This document shows, one piece after another, positions 35,108 to 44,145 of a stretch of 64,000 nt of DNA. Below the pieces are notes generated by a model that saw only the letters and a list, made by a program, of their open reading frames with translations, was not told the origin of the DNA and ran no database searches. Every line of letters starts with the position of its first letter. The stretch's first letter is position 1. Source of the stretch: Planctomycetota bacterium (GTDB lineage Bacteria; Planctomycetota; SZUA-567; JAKLDR01); the NCBI GenBank assembly GCA_022703445.1, contig JAKLDR010000005.1, forward strand, positions 36,107 through 100,106, written 5' to 3'. Both the position numbers and the translations under genes were made by a program.

Positions 35108-37068
35108 CGGCCTTCTCCTCTTCCGTGGCAGCGAATCGTTCCCTTCCGCAGATCAAGCGTGATCCGGGAGGACTTCCGCCCACGCTTCACCTGGACGGCG
35201 AAGCGATCCTGCTCGAACGGATCGCCGAAGAGCCGGACCTCCGGGGCATTGAGCGGCCGCCGGCCGAAGCACAGCGCCGAGACGAACACCATCCGCTTGT
35301 CGCGGTGGAAGTTCTCGACATAGACGAACGAGTTGCCGACGCGGACCTGGCCGTTCTCGGTGTTGTAGGCGCTGCTGCGCCGGTCGATGCCCAGGACGAC
35401 GTTGTGCTCCCGCGACGGACAGAGACTGGCCACCGTCAGCTCGGCCGCGCCGCGGCGGATCGTGAAGCGGTCGACGTCCGGCTCCGCCCCGTCCAGGAAG
35501 TGGTAGAGCACGCGGGCCTTGAGCTTCTCATCGGCGCGCAGCTCGTCGACAAGGACGATCACCCCGGGGGGCAGGTAGGCCAGGTAGCGGCGCACGCGGC
35601 GGGCGATGGGCCGGTAGTAGGGCGTGAGGTCGACCGCGAGCAGGCTCTTCTCCACTCCCAGGTCGCACTGCGTGATCCGGGCCGTGGCCCCGAAGACCCG
35701 GCGCGGATAGTCCGCGCCGATGACGGGCAGATTGTGGCCGATGCCAGCGTACCCGTCGAAGTTCCAGCGGCGGCCGTCCGGCGCGGAATCGTTGCATCCG
35801 CCCGCGCGGCTGTTGCCGAAGGGCGGCTTCCTCCTGGTCATGACCTGGGCGTAGGGCCAGTTCTCGGTTTCGGCGAGCAACTCGTCGGGCCCGACAAAGA
35901 TGACCAGCGAGCCCAGGTCCAGGTGACAGTGGTTGATCTCCCGGGCGACCGACCCGGCCTTGAAGCCGACGAACTCGTCGCCGCGTCCGAATCCGCTGCG
36001 CATGGCCACCACGCCGATGGACGGGAAGACCTTGGCAGGCGCCGCTCCCCGGGCGGATGCCGCCGGCAGGCTCGGATCGAAGTAGCCGAACATCTTGAGC
36101 CCGCTGATCCCCTCGCGCTCGACAACCCGCTGCCAGCCTCGGTCGCGGCAGACCCGGGCCAGGATCGCGAGGCAGATCGAAGGCGAGGCCCCTTTGCCGC
36201 AGTCCGACCAGTTCCAGATGCGGCCGGGCCACGCAGTCATGTGGGCACGGAAGTCCCCGGTGCGGCGCAGGAACGGATGCCGGAAGAGGTCGACCCTCCC
36301 GCGGCTCATGGCCCGAAGGAGGAAGGCGGGCTCCGCGCAGTGGACGATGCCGTACTCCCAGTAGCCCGGCCCCTCGTTCCAGCCGCCCTCGGGGTCGCCG
36401 AGGTCTAGGATGGTCAGGATGCCCTCCACCCCGTACTCAACCACCTCGGCCCACTCCTCGAATTCTTCGCAGAAGGCCATGGCGCCGATGGCGAAGCTGC
36501 CGGTCATGACCGACCGCCAGTTGTGCTTCGCCTCACTCCACCAGTAGCGGCGGACGCGCAGGGCCTCCAGCGCGGGCCGCAGCACACGGTCGAGGGCCGT
36601 CCGACGCAGCCTGGCCCGGACCTCGTCGTCCATAACGGGGTCGAAGGCGGCGCGCATGATCCCCATCGCCTTGACCGCCGCCGCGGTCCACAGGTCCATC
36701 TCCGTGCCGGCACGCAGGTTCACGTGGTAAGTGAAATAACGGTCCTTCCAGGCCTCCAGGACCTCCAGGCCGGCCAGCGCCCAGGACAGCGCCTTGGGTT
36801 CGCCGGTCAGAAGGTAGTGGAAGGATGCGTTCTCAATCCTGGCAATCGTCGCCCAGAAGTCCGCGGACGGCTTGGCGCGCAGTGCCGCCGCAGCCGCGGC
36901 TATCTCCCTCCGGTAGCACCTGGACTTCGCCGCCAGCTCCCGCGCCGGGAGCGCGGCCCGGAGAAAGTCGGCTCCGGGCGCCGCGCCCTGCAGGCCGGCG
37001 CGCCAGGCGTCGAAGTCCCGGAAGCAGCGCCGGGCGGACGGCCCGAATGCCCTGCGGTCGGTCAGCAA
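35104..37068 (-). CDS. heparinase II/III-like (polysaccharide lyase-like) protein, no signal peptide
   Basis: 654 aa. The helical N-terminal half and the INHCHLDLGSLVIF motif resemble the H-x-H-x-D..s-f motif of heparinase II/III-like domains. The start is TTG 37068, the only in-frame start near the 5' end, so it is less certain. Confidence 0.65.
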   Translation of the reverse strand: MLTDRRAFGPSARRCFRDFDAWRAGLQGAAPGADFLRAALPARELAAKSRCYRREIAAAAAALRAKPSADFWATIARIENASFHYLLTGEPKALSWALAGLEVLEAWKDRYFTYHVNLRAGTEMDLWTAAAVKAMGIMRAAFDPVMDDEVRARLRRTALDRVLRPALEALRVRRYWWSEAKHNWRSVMTGSFAIGAMAFCEEFEEWAEVVEYGVEGILTILDLGDPEGGWNEGPGYWEYGIVHCAEPAFLLRAMSRGRVDLFRHPFLRRTGDFRAHMTAWPGRIWNWSDCGKGASPSICLAILARVCRDRGWQRVVEREGISGLKMFGYFDPSLPAASARGAAPAKVFPSIGVVAMRSGFGRGDEFVGFKAGSVAREINHCHLDLGSLVIFVGPDELLAETENWPYAQVMTRRKPPFGNSRAGGCNDSAPDGRRWNFDGYAGIGHNLPVIGADYPRRVFGATARITQCDLGVEKSLLAVDLTPYYRPIARRVRRYLAYLPPGVIVLVDELRADEKLKARVLYHFLDGAEPDVDRFTIRRGAAELTVASLCPSREHNVVLGIDRRSSAYNTENGQVRVGNSFVYVENFHRDKRMVFVSALCFGRRPLNAPEVRLFGDPFEQDRFAVQVKRGRKSSRITLDLRKGTIRCHGRGEGR

Positions 37069-37078
37069 GCGGAAGACC

Positions 37079-39304
37079 TCATTTCCTGTCGCCGGCCGGC
37101 GCAGCCGGCGCGCCGGCGGGAGCCAGCTCCGCGGCGATCTCCGCGAAGGTCTTGATCACCACGGTCTTCGGGTCGAGGCGCAGCGCGTAGACCTGGGCCC
37201 GGGTCTCGGCGATGTAGAAGAGGCCGCGCTTGCGGTCGAAGACCAGGCCCACCGACGAGCCGCGCGGGAAGTCCCCGGCGATCTTGAGCCCCACCCAGCG
37301 GTTCTTGGCCGGATCCAGCGCCGGGAGGTAGCCGCCGGGCAGCAGCGAGAGGAAGAGGAAGAGGTCGAGGTCCGGATGCCTGGCGACCTCGCGGAGCTCC
37401 CAGAAGTACTTCCGGTCACCGGTCAGGGCCGGGATGTGCTCCGAGCCCTCCGGCTTGAACGCGGAGGCCGCCAAGGTGGTCAGGTCCAGCGCGTGGACCT
37501 CGCCGTCGAAGGGCTTGGCGTAGCCGGTGGAGGCGAAGAAGAGGGCCCGCCCGCGCCGGTCGTCGTAGACGCTGCCGCTGTGGTCCACCACCGGGCCGCG
37601 CAATGTGCCCTTCACGGCGAGCTGCTTCCAGTCGAGGCTGGCGGCGTCGAGCTGCCACACCTTGTTGTACCAGGTGACCATCCCGGCTTCCTTGCTGAAG
37701 AAGAGCTGGGCCCCGTGCCGGCCGAAGAACTCGGGGGTGCGCTTGCGGGAGACCCAGTCGCCGAGGTCCGGATCGTAGAGATAGCAGAACTGGTCGACGG
37801 GCGGATTGGTGCGCTGGCGGCCGTTCAGCACCAGCTTCTTCAGCTCGGGGTGGTAGGCGAAGGATCTGTACTGGTGGCCCATCCACGGCCGGCGGTTGAA
37901 GCTCCAGCCGATCATCGGCTCGTTGGTGCCGATGAAGCCGGGCGGCAGCTCGGTCTCGACCGGCTGGTCCCAGGTGTTGGTGGCGAGATGGTAGTGGGCG
38001 ACGTCGCTGCCGGGATAGGCCGAGTGGCCGCCGCTGTACCAGTAGAGGAGGTCGCGGTCCGGGTCCAGGATCACGGTGCCCCAGTCGCGGTTCCACGCGA
38101 AGGTCTTCAGCGGCTTCAGCGGCACCCAGGTGTTGGCCGGCAGCTCCGCGAGCCTCTTGGCGTGTGCGGCCGGGTCGGGCCGGGGGTCCGAGGTGAAATG
38201 GTCCGGCAGGAAGGCGCCGCCGCGGTAGTGCCGGGTATCCGCCGGGAAGGTCGGCAGCCCGGCGGGGCCGCTCCAGGCGTTGGCCGCGAGGTCGTAGCTC
38301 CACTCCTCCGGCCCGGCGCCGACGTACGTGGAGCTGTCCCAGCCCGGCTGCTTCCGGCCGTAGACGTAGCCGCCCTTCAAGACCACCTTGCCCGGCTCGC
38401 CGCCGGCCAGGAGATGCTCGGCGCGCGGTTCGGGCGCGGTCGGCGGATGCCGCTGCCGCCAGCGCGGCCCCGTGGGCTCGAAGACCCAGAGGTCGTTGGT
38501 CAGGTAGTCGAGGTGATCGCCGCCGAAGAGCACGAATAGCCCGGTCTTGGCGTCGTAGGCGATCTGGCTCAGCGCCCGGGCCGGCGGCGCCGCATCCAGT
38601 GCCTCAGCGGCGATTTCCAGGTTGATGCGGGCCTGGCGGAGCTCCTCGAACTTCTTCCCGCTCAGGCCGGCGGCCAGGCCCTCCAGCGCCGGGCTGACCT
38701 TGGCCAGATAACCCCTGGCGAAGGCGACCTGCCCGGCCAGGTAGGCGTCCTGCGTCTTGAACCCGGCCAGGGCCTTGTCGAGCTCCGCGAGCTTGCCGGT
38801 GACATCCGCGGCAAGCGGCACCACCTCCTTGGCGAGATGGGCCGCTTCCGCCGGACCGGCGAGGCCCTCGAGGTAGCCGTGCCGGGCGAGCCCCGCGACG
38901 CGCTGGAGCGGGGTGCGGAGCGCGGCCAGGCGGTCGGAGAAGTCCTGCAACGGATTCTGCCGCCGGAGATCGGCGTGGATCGCCGTCCACTTGCCGTCAC
39001 GAAGCACCTCGGTCTCAGGCCGCGGATCATCGGTGCGGATCGAGATCCCGCCGAAGCCGAGCCCCCGGCCATCCGGCAGGGTCAGACGCCAGCCCCAGAT
39101 CACCGGGCAGCGTTCGGCGTTGCCGATGCCCCCAGGCGGCCGGTGCTCCTTGCCCCGCAGCCCCGGCGCCTTGGCCTGATACTTCGGATCGCCCTGGTAC
39201 TCGGCGGCCGGGCCGGCCGCCGGCGCGGCATTGGACGGAGGTTCGCCGGCGAGAGCCGACACGACCAGGCAGACAGTCATCGCGCAGATCAGCTTCAGAC
39301 GCAT
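37079..39304 (-). CDS. secreted Kelch-type beta-propeller protein with helical insertion, paralog 1 of 4
   Basis: ORF 37079..39835. Start at MRLKLICAMTVCLVVSALAGEPP (ATG 39304). Kelch-like LFVLFGGDHLDYLTNDLWVFEP. A helical block of about 170 aa follows the first WGW..LPDG..FGG strand set. Confidence 0.8.
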   Translation of the reverse strand: MRLKLICAMTVCLVVSALAGEPPSNAAPAAGPAAEYQGDPKYQAKAPGLRGKEHRPPGGIGNAERCPVIWGWRLTLPDGRGLGFGGISIRTDDPRPETEVLRDGKWTAIHADLRRQNPLQDFSDRLAALRTPLQRVAGLARHGYLEGLAGPAEAAHLAKEVVPLAADVTGKLAELDKALAGFKTQDAYLAGQVAFARGYLAKVSPALEGLAAGLSGKKFEELRQARINLEIAAEALDAAPPARALSQIAYDAKTGLFVLFGGDHLDYLTNDLWVFEPTGPRWRQRHPPTAPEPRAEHLLAGGEPGKVVLKGGYVYGRKQPGWDSSTYVGAGPEEWSYDLAANAWSGPAGLPTFPADTRHYRGGAFLPDHFTSDPRPDPAAHAKRLAELPANTWVPLKPLKTFAWNRDWGTVILDPDRDLLYWYSGGHSAYPGSDVAHYHLATNTWDQPVETELPPGFIGTNEPMIGWSFNRRPWMGHQYRSFAYHPELKKLVLNGRQRTNPPVDQFCYLYDPDLGDWVSRKRTPEFFGRHGAQLFFSKEAGMVTWYNKVWQLDAASLDWKQLAVKGTLRGPVVDHSGSVYDDRRGRALFFASTGYAKPFDGEVHALDLTTLAASAFKPEGSEHIPALTGDRKYFWELREVARHPDLDLFLFLSLLPGGYLPALDPAKNRWVGLKIAGDFPRGSSVGLVFDRKRGLFYIAETRAQVYALRLDPKTVVIKTFAEIAAELAPAGAPAAPAGDRK

Positions 39305-39323
39305 GAAGGCTCTCCCGTGGCTA

Positions 39324-39479
39324 GAAGGGTGGAAGGTGGAGGCAACGACGGAGGACGGCGAACCGCAGAACATCGAACGCCGAATAACGCAGTCCGAAGT
39401 CACTTCGGAATTCGACATTCGGTGTTCTGCGGTTCTGCGGTTGGCGGTTACTTCCACCTTCCACCCTCCACCTTCCACC
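39324..39479. repeat. intercistronic compound palindrome (GGAAGGTGG words outside, CCGCAGAAC arms and a CCGAAG..CTTCGG stem inside)
   Basis: Outer arms GAAGGGTGGAAGGTGGAGG (39324-39342) and CTTCCACCTTCCACCCTCCACCTTCCACC (39451-39479). Inner arms CCGCAGAACATCGAA.. / ..TTCGGTGTTCTGCGG. Core TCCGAAGTCACTTCGGA. Confidence 0.8.
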
Positions 39480-39483
39480 GCTG

Positions 39484-41682
39484 TCACTTCCCGGCCGGTG
39501 GCGCCGGCGGCGCCGGCGGGGCGTAGTCCTTGAGCGGGGCGATCTCCGCCTTGGCCGGGTCGAAGCGCAGGGCCCAGACGCCGCCGTCCCAGCTGGCGTC
39601 GCCCAGCCAGAAGAGACCGCGCTTGGCGTCCCAGTGGATGCCGCAGCAGACCCCGGTGTTGAGCTGGCCGGCGCCCGGAGTGATGGCCAGCTTGACCGTC
39701 ACCCAGCGGTTCTTGGCCGCGTCGTAGGCCACGAAGAGGTCCGGCGACTGCTTGCCGTCGATGTTGATGCGCTGCGGCCAGAGGAAGAGGTCGCTCTCCG
39801 GGTGGTAGGCCACCTCGCGCGGGAAGAAGCCCCACTTCCCGGCCGGGTTCATGCCTTCGGGATTGAGCGGCGCGACCGCGAGCGTGGTCATGTCCAGCGC
39901 ATGGAGCTGCCCGTCATAGGGCCGGCCGTAGCCGTTGAGCGTGGAGAAGATCATCCGGTCGCGCTTGGGGTCGTAGACCAGCCCCGAGCTGTCCACGCCG
40001 CCGCCGGGCATCTTGCCCTGGACCTTGAGCAGCTTCCACTCCAGGGTCTTGCCGTCCAGGCGATACGGGCCATTCCAGGCGAGCATGCCGCTCTTGGTGT
40101 AGCGGATCTGCATACCGTAGGCGTCGTTGTTCATGCCGTCCGGCACGCGGAAGCGCCCGGACCAGTCGCCCCTGTCCGGGTCGTAGAGGTAGGTGTAGCG
40201 GTCGACCTTGGCGTCGTTGACCGAGCCCATGACCATCTTCCTGATGCCCGGGTCGTAGGCCTGGCCGTTCCAGACGTGCTTCTTGGCCCACGGCCGCTGG
40301 TTGAAGTTGAAGCCCGAGGGGTACTGCTCGTTGGTGCCCCAGCAGCCCAGCGGAGCCTCGGTCGGGTCGGTGATCTCCCACCGGTCGGTGGCCAGGTGGT
40401 AGCGGGCCACGTCGTTGCCGCAGTAGCTGGCGTGGCCGCCGGCGTAGACGTAGAGCATGTCCCGGTCGGTATCGTAGACCCAGGTGCCCCAGTCCCGGCC
40501 GCCGAGCGGCACGGCGGTCTTCATCCGCACCCAGGTGTTGGCCGGGAGCGCCTTGAGCTTGGCCTCGTTGGCCGCGGCGTCCGGCTTGGGGCCCTTCATG
40601 AAGTTCTCGGGCCCGGACGGCGGCCAGCCGCCGACCCGCGTATCGGACGGGAAGGTCTTCTCCGTCGCGACGTCTGCCGTCCAGGCGTTCTTATCGAGGT
40701 CGTAGGTCCACTTGACCGGACCGACGTGCTGGTAGCCCCTGCCCAGGAAAGCCCCGCCGCGCATCGAGAGCTTGCCCTCGCCGGCCGATTCGAGGCGCGC
40801 GTCGAAGCGCGGCTCGGGGGCCGCGTCCTGGTGTTTCTGGAACCAGCGCTTCTTGGCCGGGTCGAAGACCCACAGGTCGTTGGTCCAGTAGTCCATGTGG
40901 TAGCCGCCGAAGAGGGCGTAGAGCTTGGTCTTAGGGTCGTAGGCGATGATGGAGAGCGCCCGCGGGGCCGGCTCGGCATCGAAGGCCTCGGCGGCGATTT
41001 CCATTTCGATCTGCGCCTTGCGCATGGCGGCCATCTGGTCGGGGCTCGCCGCCGCGCCGAAGGGCTTGATCAGCCCGGCGGCGGCCTCGAGGTGCTTCAC
41101 GGCGAACTTGACCTGCCCGGCCTCGTACTCGCCGAGGCCCGACTGGCCCTTGAGCTCGGCGACCAGCGCGGCGAGATCCTTAGCGCACTTCTCGACGGCG
41201 GGGTCGACCTCGTCCTTGAGCGCCTTGGCCTCGTCGGCGGCCGGCTTGCCCTCGAAGTAGATGTGCCGGGCCTTGGCGAGCGTGTCCTTGCAGGCGTTGC
41301 GGAGCGCGCGGACCTGCTCGTTCCGCTTCTGGAGCGGGTTCGCCTTCCGGAGCTCGTCGACGATCAGCTTCCAGGCGCCGCCCTCCTTCACCTGCGTGTG
41401 GGCGATGCCGTCGTCGGCGGTCTGGTGGACTCCGCCGAAAGTCATCCCGGAACCGTCGGGCAGTTCGCAGGTCCAGCCCCAGAGGATCGGGTCCTGCTTC
41501 CACTGGGTGGCCGGAACCGGATAGGGCTTGCCCTTCTCCAGCGGCTCGGGGATGGCCCGGGCCGGGACGGTGACCGACTTGGCCCCGTTGGCGTCCACCA
41601 AAGGAGGCGGGGGCGGGGGCTCGCCGGCGAGGGCCGCCGCAGACAGTAAGCCAGTCATCGCACCGATCAGCATTGAACGCAT
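39484..41682 (-). CDS. secreted Kelch-type beta-propeller protein with helical insertion, paralog 2 of 4
   Basis: ORF 39484..41811. Start at MRSMLIGAMTGLLSAAALAGEPP (ATG 41682). 732 aa. LYALFGGYHMDYWTNDLWVFDP. Confidence 0.8.
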   Translation of the reverse strand: MRSMLIGAMTGLLSAAALAGEPPPPPPLVDANGAKSVTVPARAIPEPLEKGKPYPVPATQWKQDPILWGWTCELPDGSGMTFGGVHQTADDGIAHTQVKEGGAWKLIVDELRKANPLQKRNEQVRALRNACKDTLAKARHIYFEGKPAADEAKALKDEVDPAVEKCAKDLAALVAELKGQSGLGEYEAGQVKFAVKHLEAAAGLIKPFGAAASPDQMAAMRKAQIEMEIAAEAFDAEPAPRALSIIAYDPKTKLYALFGGYHMDYWTNDLWVFDPAKKRWFQKHQDAAPEPRFDARLESAGEGKLSMRGGAFLGRGYQHVGPVKWTYDLDKNAWTADVATEKTFPSDTRVGGWPPSGPENFMKGPKPDAAANEAKLKALPANTWVRMKTAVPLGGRDWGTWVYDTDRDMLYVYAGGHASYCGNDVARYHLATDRWEITDPTEAPLGCWGTNEQYPSGFNFNQRPWAKKHVWNGQAYDPGIRKMVMGSVNDAKVDRYTYLYDPDRGDWSGRFRVPDGMNNDAYGMQIRYTKSGMLAWNGPYRLDGKTLEWKLLKVQGKMPGGGVDSSGLVYDPKRDRMIFSTLNGYGRPYDGQLHALDMTTLAVAPLNPEGMNPAGKWGFFPREVAYHPESDLFLWPQRINIDGKQSPDLFVAYDAAKNRWVTVKLAITPGAGQLNTGVCCGIHWDAKRGLFWLGDASWDGGVWALRFDPAKAEIAPLKDYAPPAPPAPPAGK

Positions 41683-41712
41683 GACAAGTCTCCCTTCCGA
41701 CCGAACCTTGGC

Positions 41713-41803
41713 GTGAGCGAGTGTGTGGGTTTGTGGGTGTGTGAGTGGGGCGCAGGCCCAACGTACCCACACACACACATGCCCACGCGCCCACATACTC
41801 CCC
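41713..41803. repeat. intercistronic imperfect palindrome built from GTGTG(G/A)G words, copy 2 (inverted relative to 20226-20312)
   Basis: Arms GTGAGCGAGTGTGTGGGTTTGTGGGTGTGTGAGTGGGG and CCCACACACACACATGCCCACGCGCCCACATACTCCCC. Confidence 0.75.
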
Positions 41804-41807
41804 GTCC

Positions 41808-44072
41808 TCACTTTCCCGCAGCCGGCGCCGGCGCGCCCGACGGAACGAAATCCTTCACCGGCGTGATCTCGGCCTTGGCCGGGTCGAAGCGCATAACCGA
41901 GACTCCGCCGCCCCCGCCCGAATCAGCCGCCCAGAAGATCTTGCGCTTGGCGTCGTAGGCGATCCCGCCGCTGATCCCCGGCAGAACCGCGCCCTTCTGA
42001 ACGGCGATCTTCATCAGCACCCAGCGGTTCTTGGCCGCGTCGTAGGCCGGGAACAGGTCCGGGGCCACCGGCTTGGACGAGAGGTCGCGCCCCTTCTTGT
42101 AGAGCTCGCCCCAGACGAACAGGTCGCTCTCCGGACAGTAAGTCACTTCGCGGGGGAAGAACCACCATGTCTTCGAATCGTCCATGCCCTCCGGATTGAG
42201 CGGGGCAACCTGGGAGGTGGCGAAGTCCAGGGCGTAGATCTGTCCGTTGTACGGTTGGGCATAGCCCGGACTCATGAACAGCATCCGGTCTCGCTTGGGG
42301 TCGTAGACCATGCCGCAGGCGTCCACGCTGGTGACGGGCATCGCTCCCTTGACCGCGAATCTCTCCCATTTCATGGTCTTGGCGTCAAGCAGGAAGATCT
42401 TGTCGCCCTGCCAGCAGAGCGTCCCGTGTTTGGTGTGCCGCACCTGCCCGCTCATGACTGACGGTTCGAAACTCAGGCTGCCTCGGGGGGACATCCAGTC
42501 GGCCTTGTCCGGATCGTAGAGGTAGAAGTACTTGTCGATCGCCCGGAAGCCCAGCTGGACCATCTTGCGGAGATCCGGATCGTAGTCGTGGGAGTTCCAG
42601 GAGTGCGGCTTGACCCAGGGCCGCCGGTTGAAGTCCACGCCGAAGGGATACTGCTCGTTGGTGCCGATGCAGCCGAGCAGCGTCATGGTCGGATCGCTGG
42701 TCTCCCAGCGGCCGGTGCCCAGATGGAACTGCGCCACATCGTTGCCGCAGTAGCTGCAGTGGCCGCCGCCCCAGACATAGAGCATGCCCCGTTCGAAGTC
42801 GAACGGGATGGTTCCCCAGTCGCGGCCGCCGAGCGGAACAGGGATCTTCAGCCCAACCCAGGTATTGAGCGGCAACGCCTTGAGGCTGGCCTCGAAGGCC
42901 GCGGCGTCCGGTCGCGGTCCGGCCATGAAAGCTTCCGGCATGGCCGGCGGGTAGTAGCGCGCCGAGCGTGCCTCCGACGGGAAGGTCTTCTCCTGGTGGC
43001 CGTCGGCCGTCCAGGTGTTCTTCTCGATGTCGTAGATCCACTTGGCCGGGCCGACGTGGATGTAGTGCTTGCCCGGCTCATAGACGCAGCCGCCGCGCAT
43101 GACCACCTTGCCGTCGCCGGAGGCGTCGAGGTGCGCGTCGAAGCGCATCTCGGGGGCGGCGTCCTGGTGGCGCTGGAACCAGCGGCGCTTGGCCGGATCG
43201 AAGACCCAGAGATCATTGACCGCGTAGTCCAGGTGGTCGCCGCCGAAGATGACGTAGAGCTTGGTCTTGGAGTCGTAGGCCGGCTTGGAGAGCACCCGCG
43301 GCGGCGGCTCGCAGTCGAAGGCCTCGGCGGCGATCTCGAGCTCGATCTGGCCCTTGCGCATGGCGGCCATCTGTTCCGGCGTCGCCAGCGCGCCGAAGGG
43401 CTTGATGAAGCCGGCGGCGGCCTCCAGGTGCTTCAGGGCGAACCTGACCTGCCCGGCCTCGTACTCGCCGAGGCCCGAGGCGCCCTTGAGCTCGGCGACC
43501 AACGCCGCGAGATCCTTAACCAGCTTCTCGACCGCCGGGTCGACGCCGTCCTTGAGGAGCTTGGCCTCGTCGGCCGCGGGCTTGCCCTCGAAGTAGATGT
43601 ACCGGGCCCTGGCGAGCGCGTCCTTGCAGGCGTTGCGCAGTGCGACGACCTGCTCGTTGCGCTTCTGGAGCGGGTTGGCCTTCCGGAGCTCATCGATGAT
43701 CGGCTTCCATGTCCCGCCCTCCTTGAGCTGGGTGTGGGCGAGGCCGTCGTCGGCGACCTGCTGGACGCCGCCGAAGGTCATGCCCGAGCCGTCGGGCAGC
43801 TCGCAGGTCCAGCCCCACAGGACCGGGTCGTTCTTCCACTCCGTGGCCGGCACCTTGTAGGGCTTGCCGCGCGCTTCGGGCTCGGGGATGGCCCGGGCCG
43901 GCACGGTCACGAACTTGGTGCCATCGGCCGCCACCAGCGGGGGAGGCGGCGGGGGCTGGCCGGCGAGGGCGGCGGTGCCGAAGACGACGGCCAGGAGGCA
44001 CTGAGGGACTAAGGCACTGAGGCACTTAGTGCGCTTCGCGCCCGCTGTCGGATTGGTACGTATCTGGGTCAT
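41808..44072 (-). CDS. secreted Kelch-type beta-propeller protein with helical insertion, paralog 3 of 4
   Basis: 754 aa, SD GGAGGG. The N-terminus MTQIRTNPTAGAKRTKCLSALVPQCLLAVVFGTAALAGQPP includes the repeat-encoded AKRTKCLSALVPQ block. Confidence 0.85.
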   Translation of the reverse strand: MTQIRTNPTAGAKRTKCLSALVPQCLLAVVFGTAALAGQPPPPPPLVAADGTKFVTVPARAIPEPEARGKPYKVPATEWKNDPVLWGWTCELPDGSGMTFGGVQQVADDGLAHTQLKEGGTWKPIIDELRKANPLQKRNEQVVALRNACKDALARARYIYFEGKPAADEAKLLKDGVDPAVEKLVKDLAALVAELKGASGLGEYEAGQVRFALKHLEAAAGFIKPFGALATPEQMAAMRKGQIELEIAAEAFDCEPPPRVLSKPAYDSKTKLYVIFGGDHLDYAVNDLWVFDPAKRRWFQRHQDAAPEMRFDAHLDASGDGKVVMRGGCVYEPGKHYIHVGPAKWIYDIEKNTWTADGHQEKTFPSEARSARYYPPAMPEAFMAGPRPDAAAFEASLKALPLNTWVGLKIPVPLGGRDWGTIPFDFERGMLYVWGGGHCSYCGNDVAQFHLGTGRWETSDPTMTLLGCIGTNEQYPFGVDFNRRPWVKPHSWNSHDYDPDLRKMVQLGFRAIDKYFYLYDPDKADWMSPRGSLSFEPSVMSGQVRHTKHGTLCWQGDKIFLLDAKTMKWERFAVKGAMPVTSVDACGMVYDPKRDRMLFMSPGYAQPYNGQIYALDFATSQVAPLNPEGMDDSKTWWFFPREVTYCPESDLFVWGELYKKGRDLSSKPVAPDLFPAYDAAKNRWVLMKIAVQKGAVLPGISGGIAYDAKRKIFWAADSGGGGGVSVMRFDPAKAEITPVKDFVPSGAPAPAAGK

Positions 44073-44123
44073 TTCGCCCTCCGTTCGACTCAGTGCCTTA
44101 GTGCCTCAGTCCCTCAGTGCCTT
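43997..44123. repeat. CAGTGCCT-word palindromic element, copy B
   Basis: Arm 43997-44033 lies inside the 5' coding region of the 41808 gene. Arm 44089-44123 lies in its 5' UTR. Arm 2 is identical over about 35 nt to 24372-24406. The 55-nt loop contains the SD and ATG 44072. Confidence 0.85.
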
Positions 44124-44145
44124 CTCACTTCCCCACCACCATCGC

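Noticed and set aside
39305-39835. 5' extensions of track ORFs through intergenic hairpins (13761..16700, 17549..20293, 37079..39835, 39484..41811, 44146..46827, 46727..49756, 49267..50571, 50865..52769)
   Set aside because: The extensions translate repeat or hairpin DNA or the upstream gene's 3' end. Each has an internal ATG with an SD followed by a signal peptide or by alignment with paralog N-termini.
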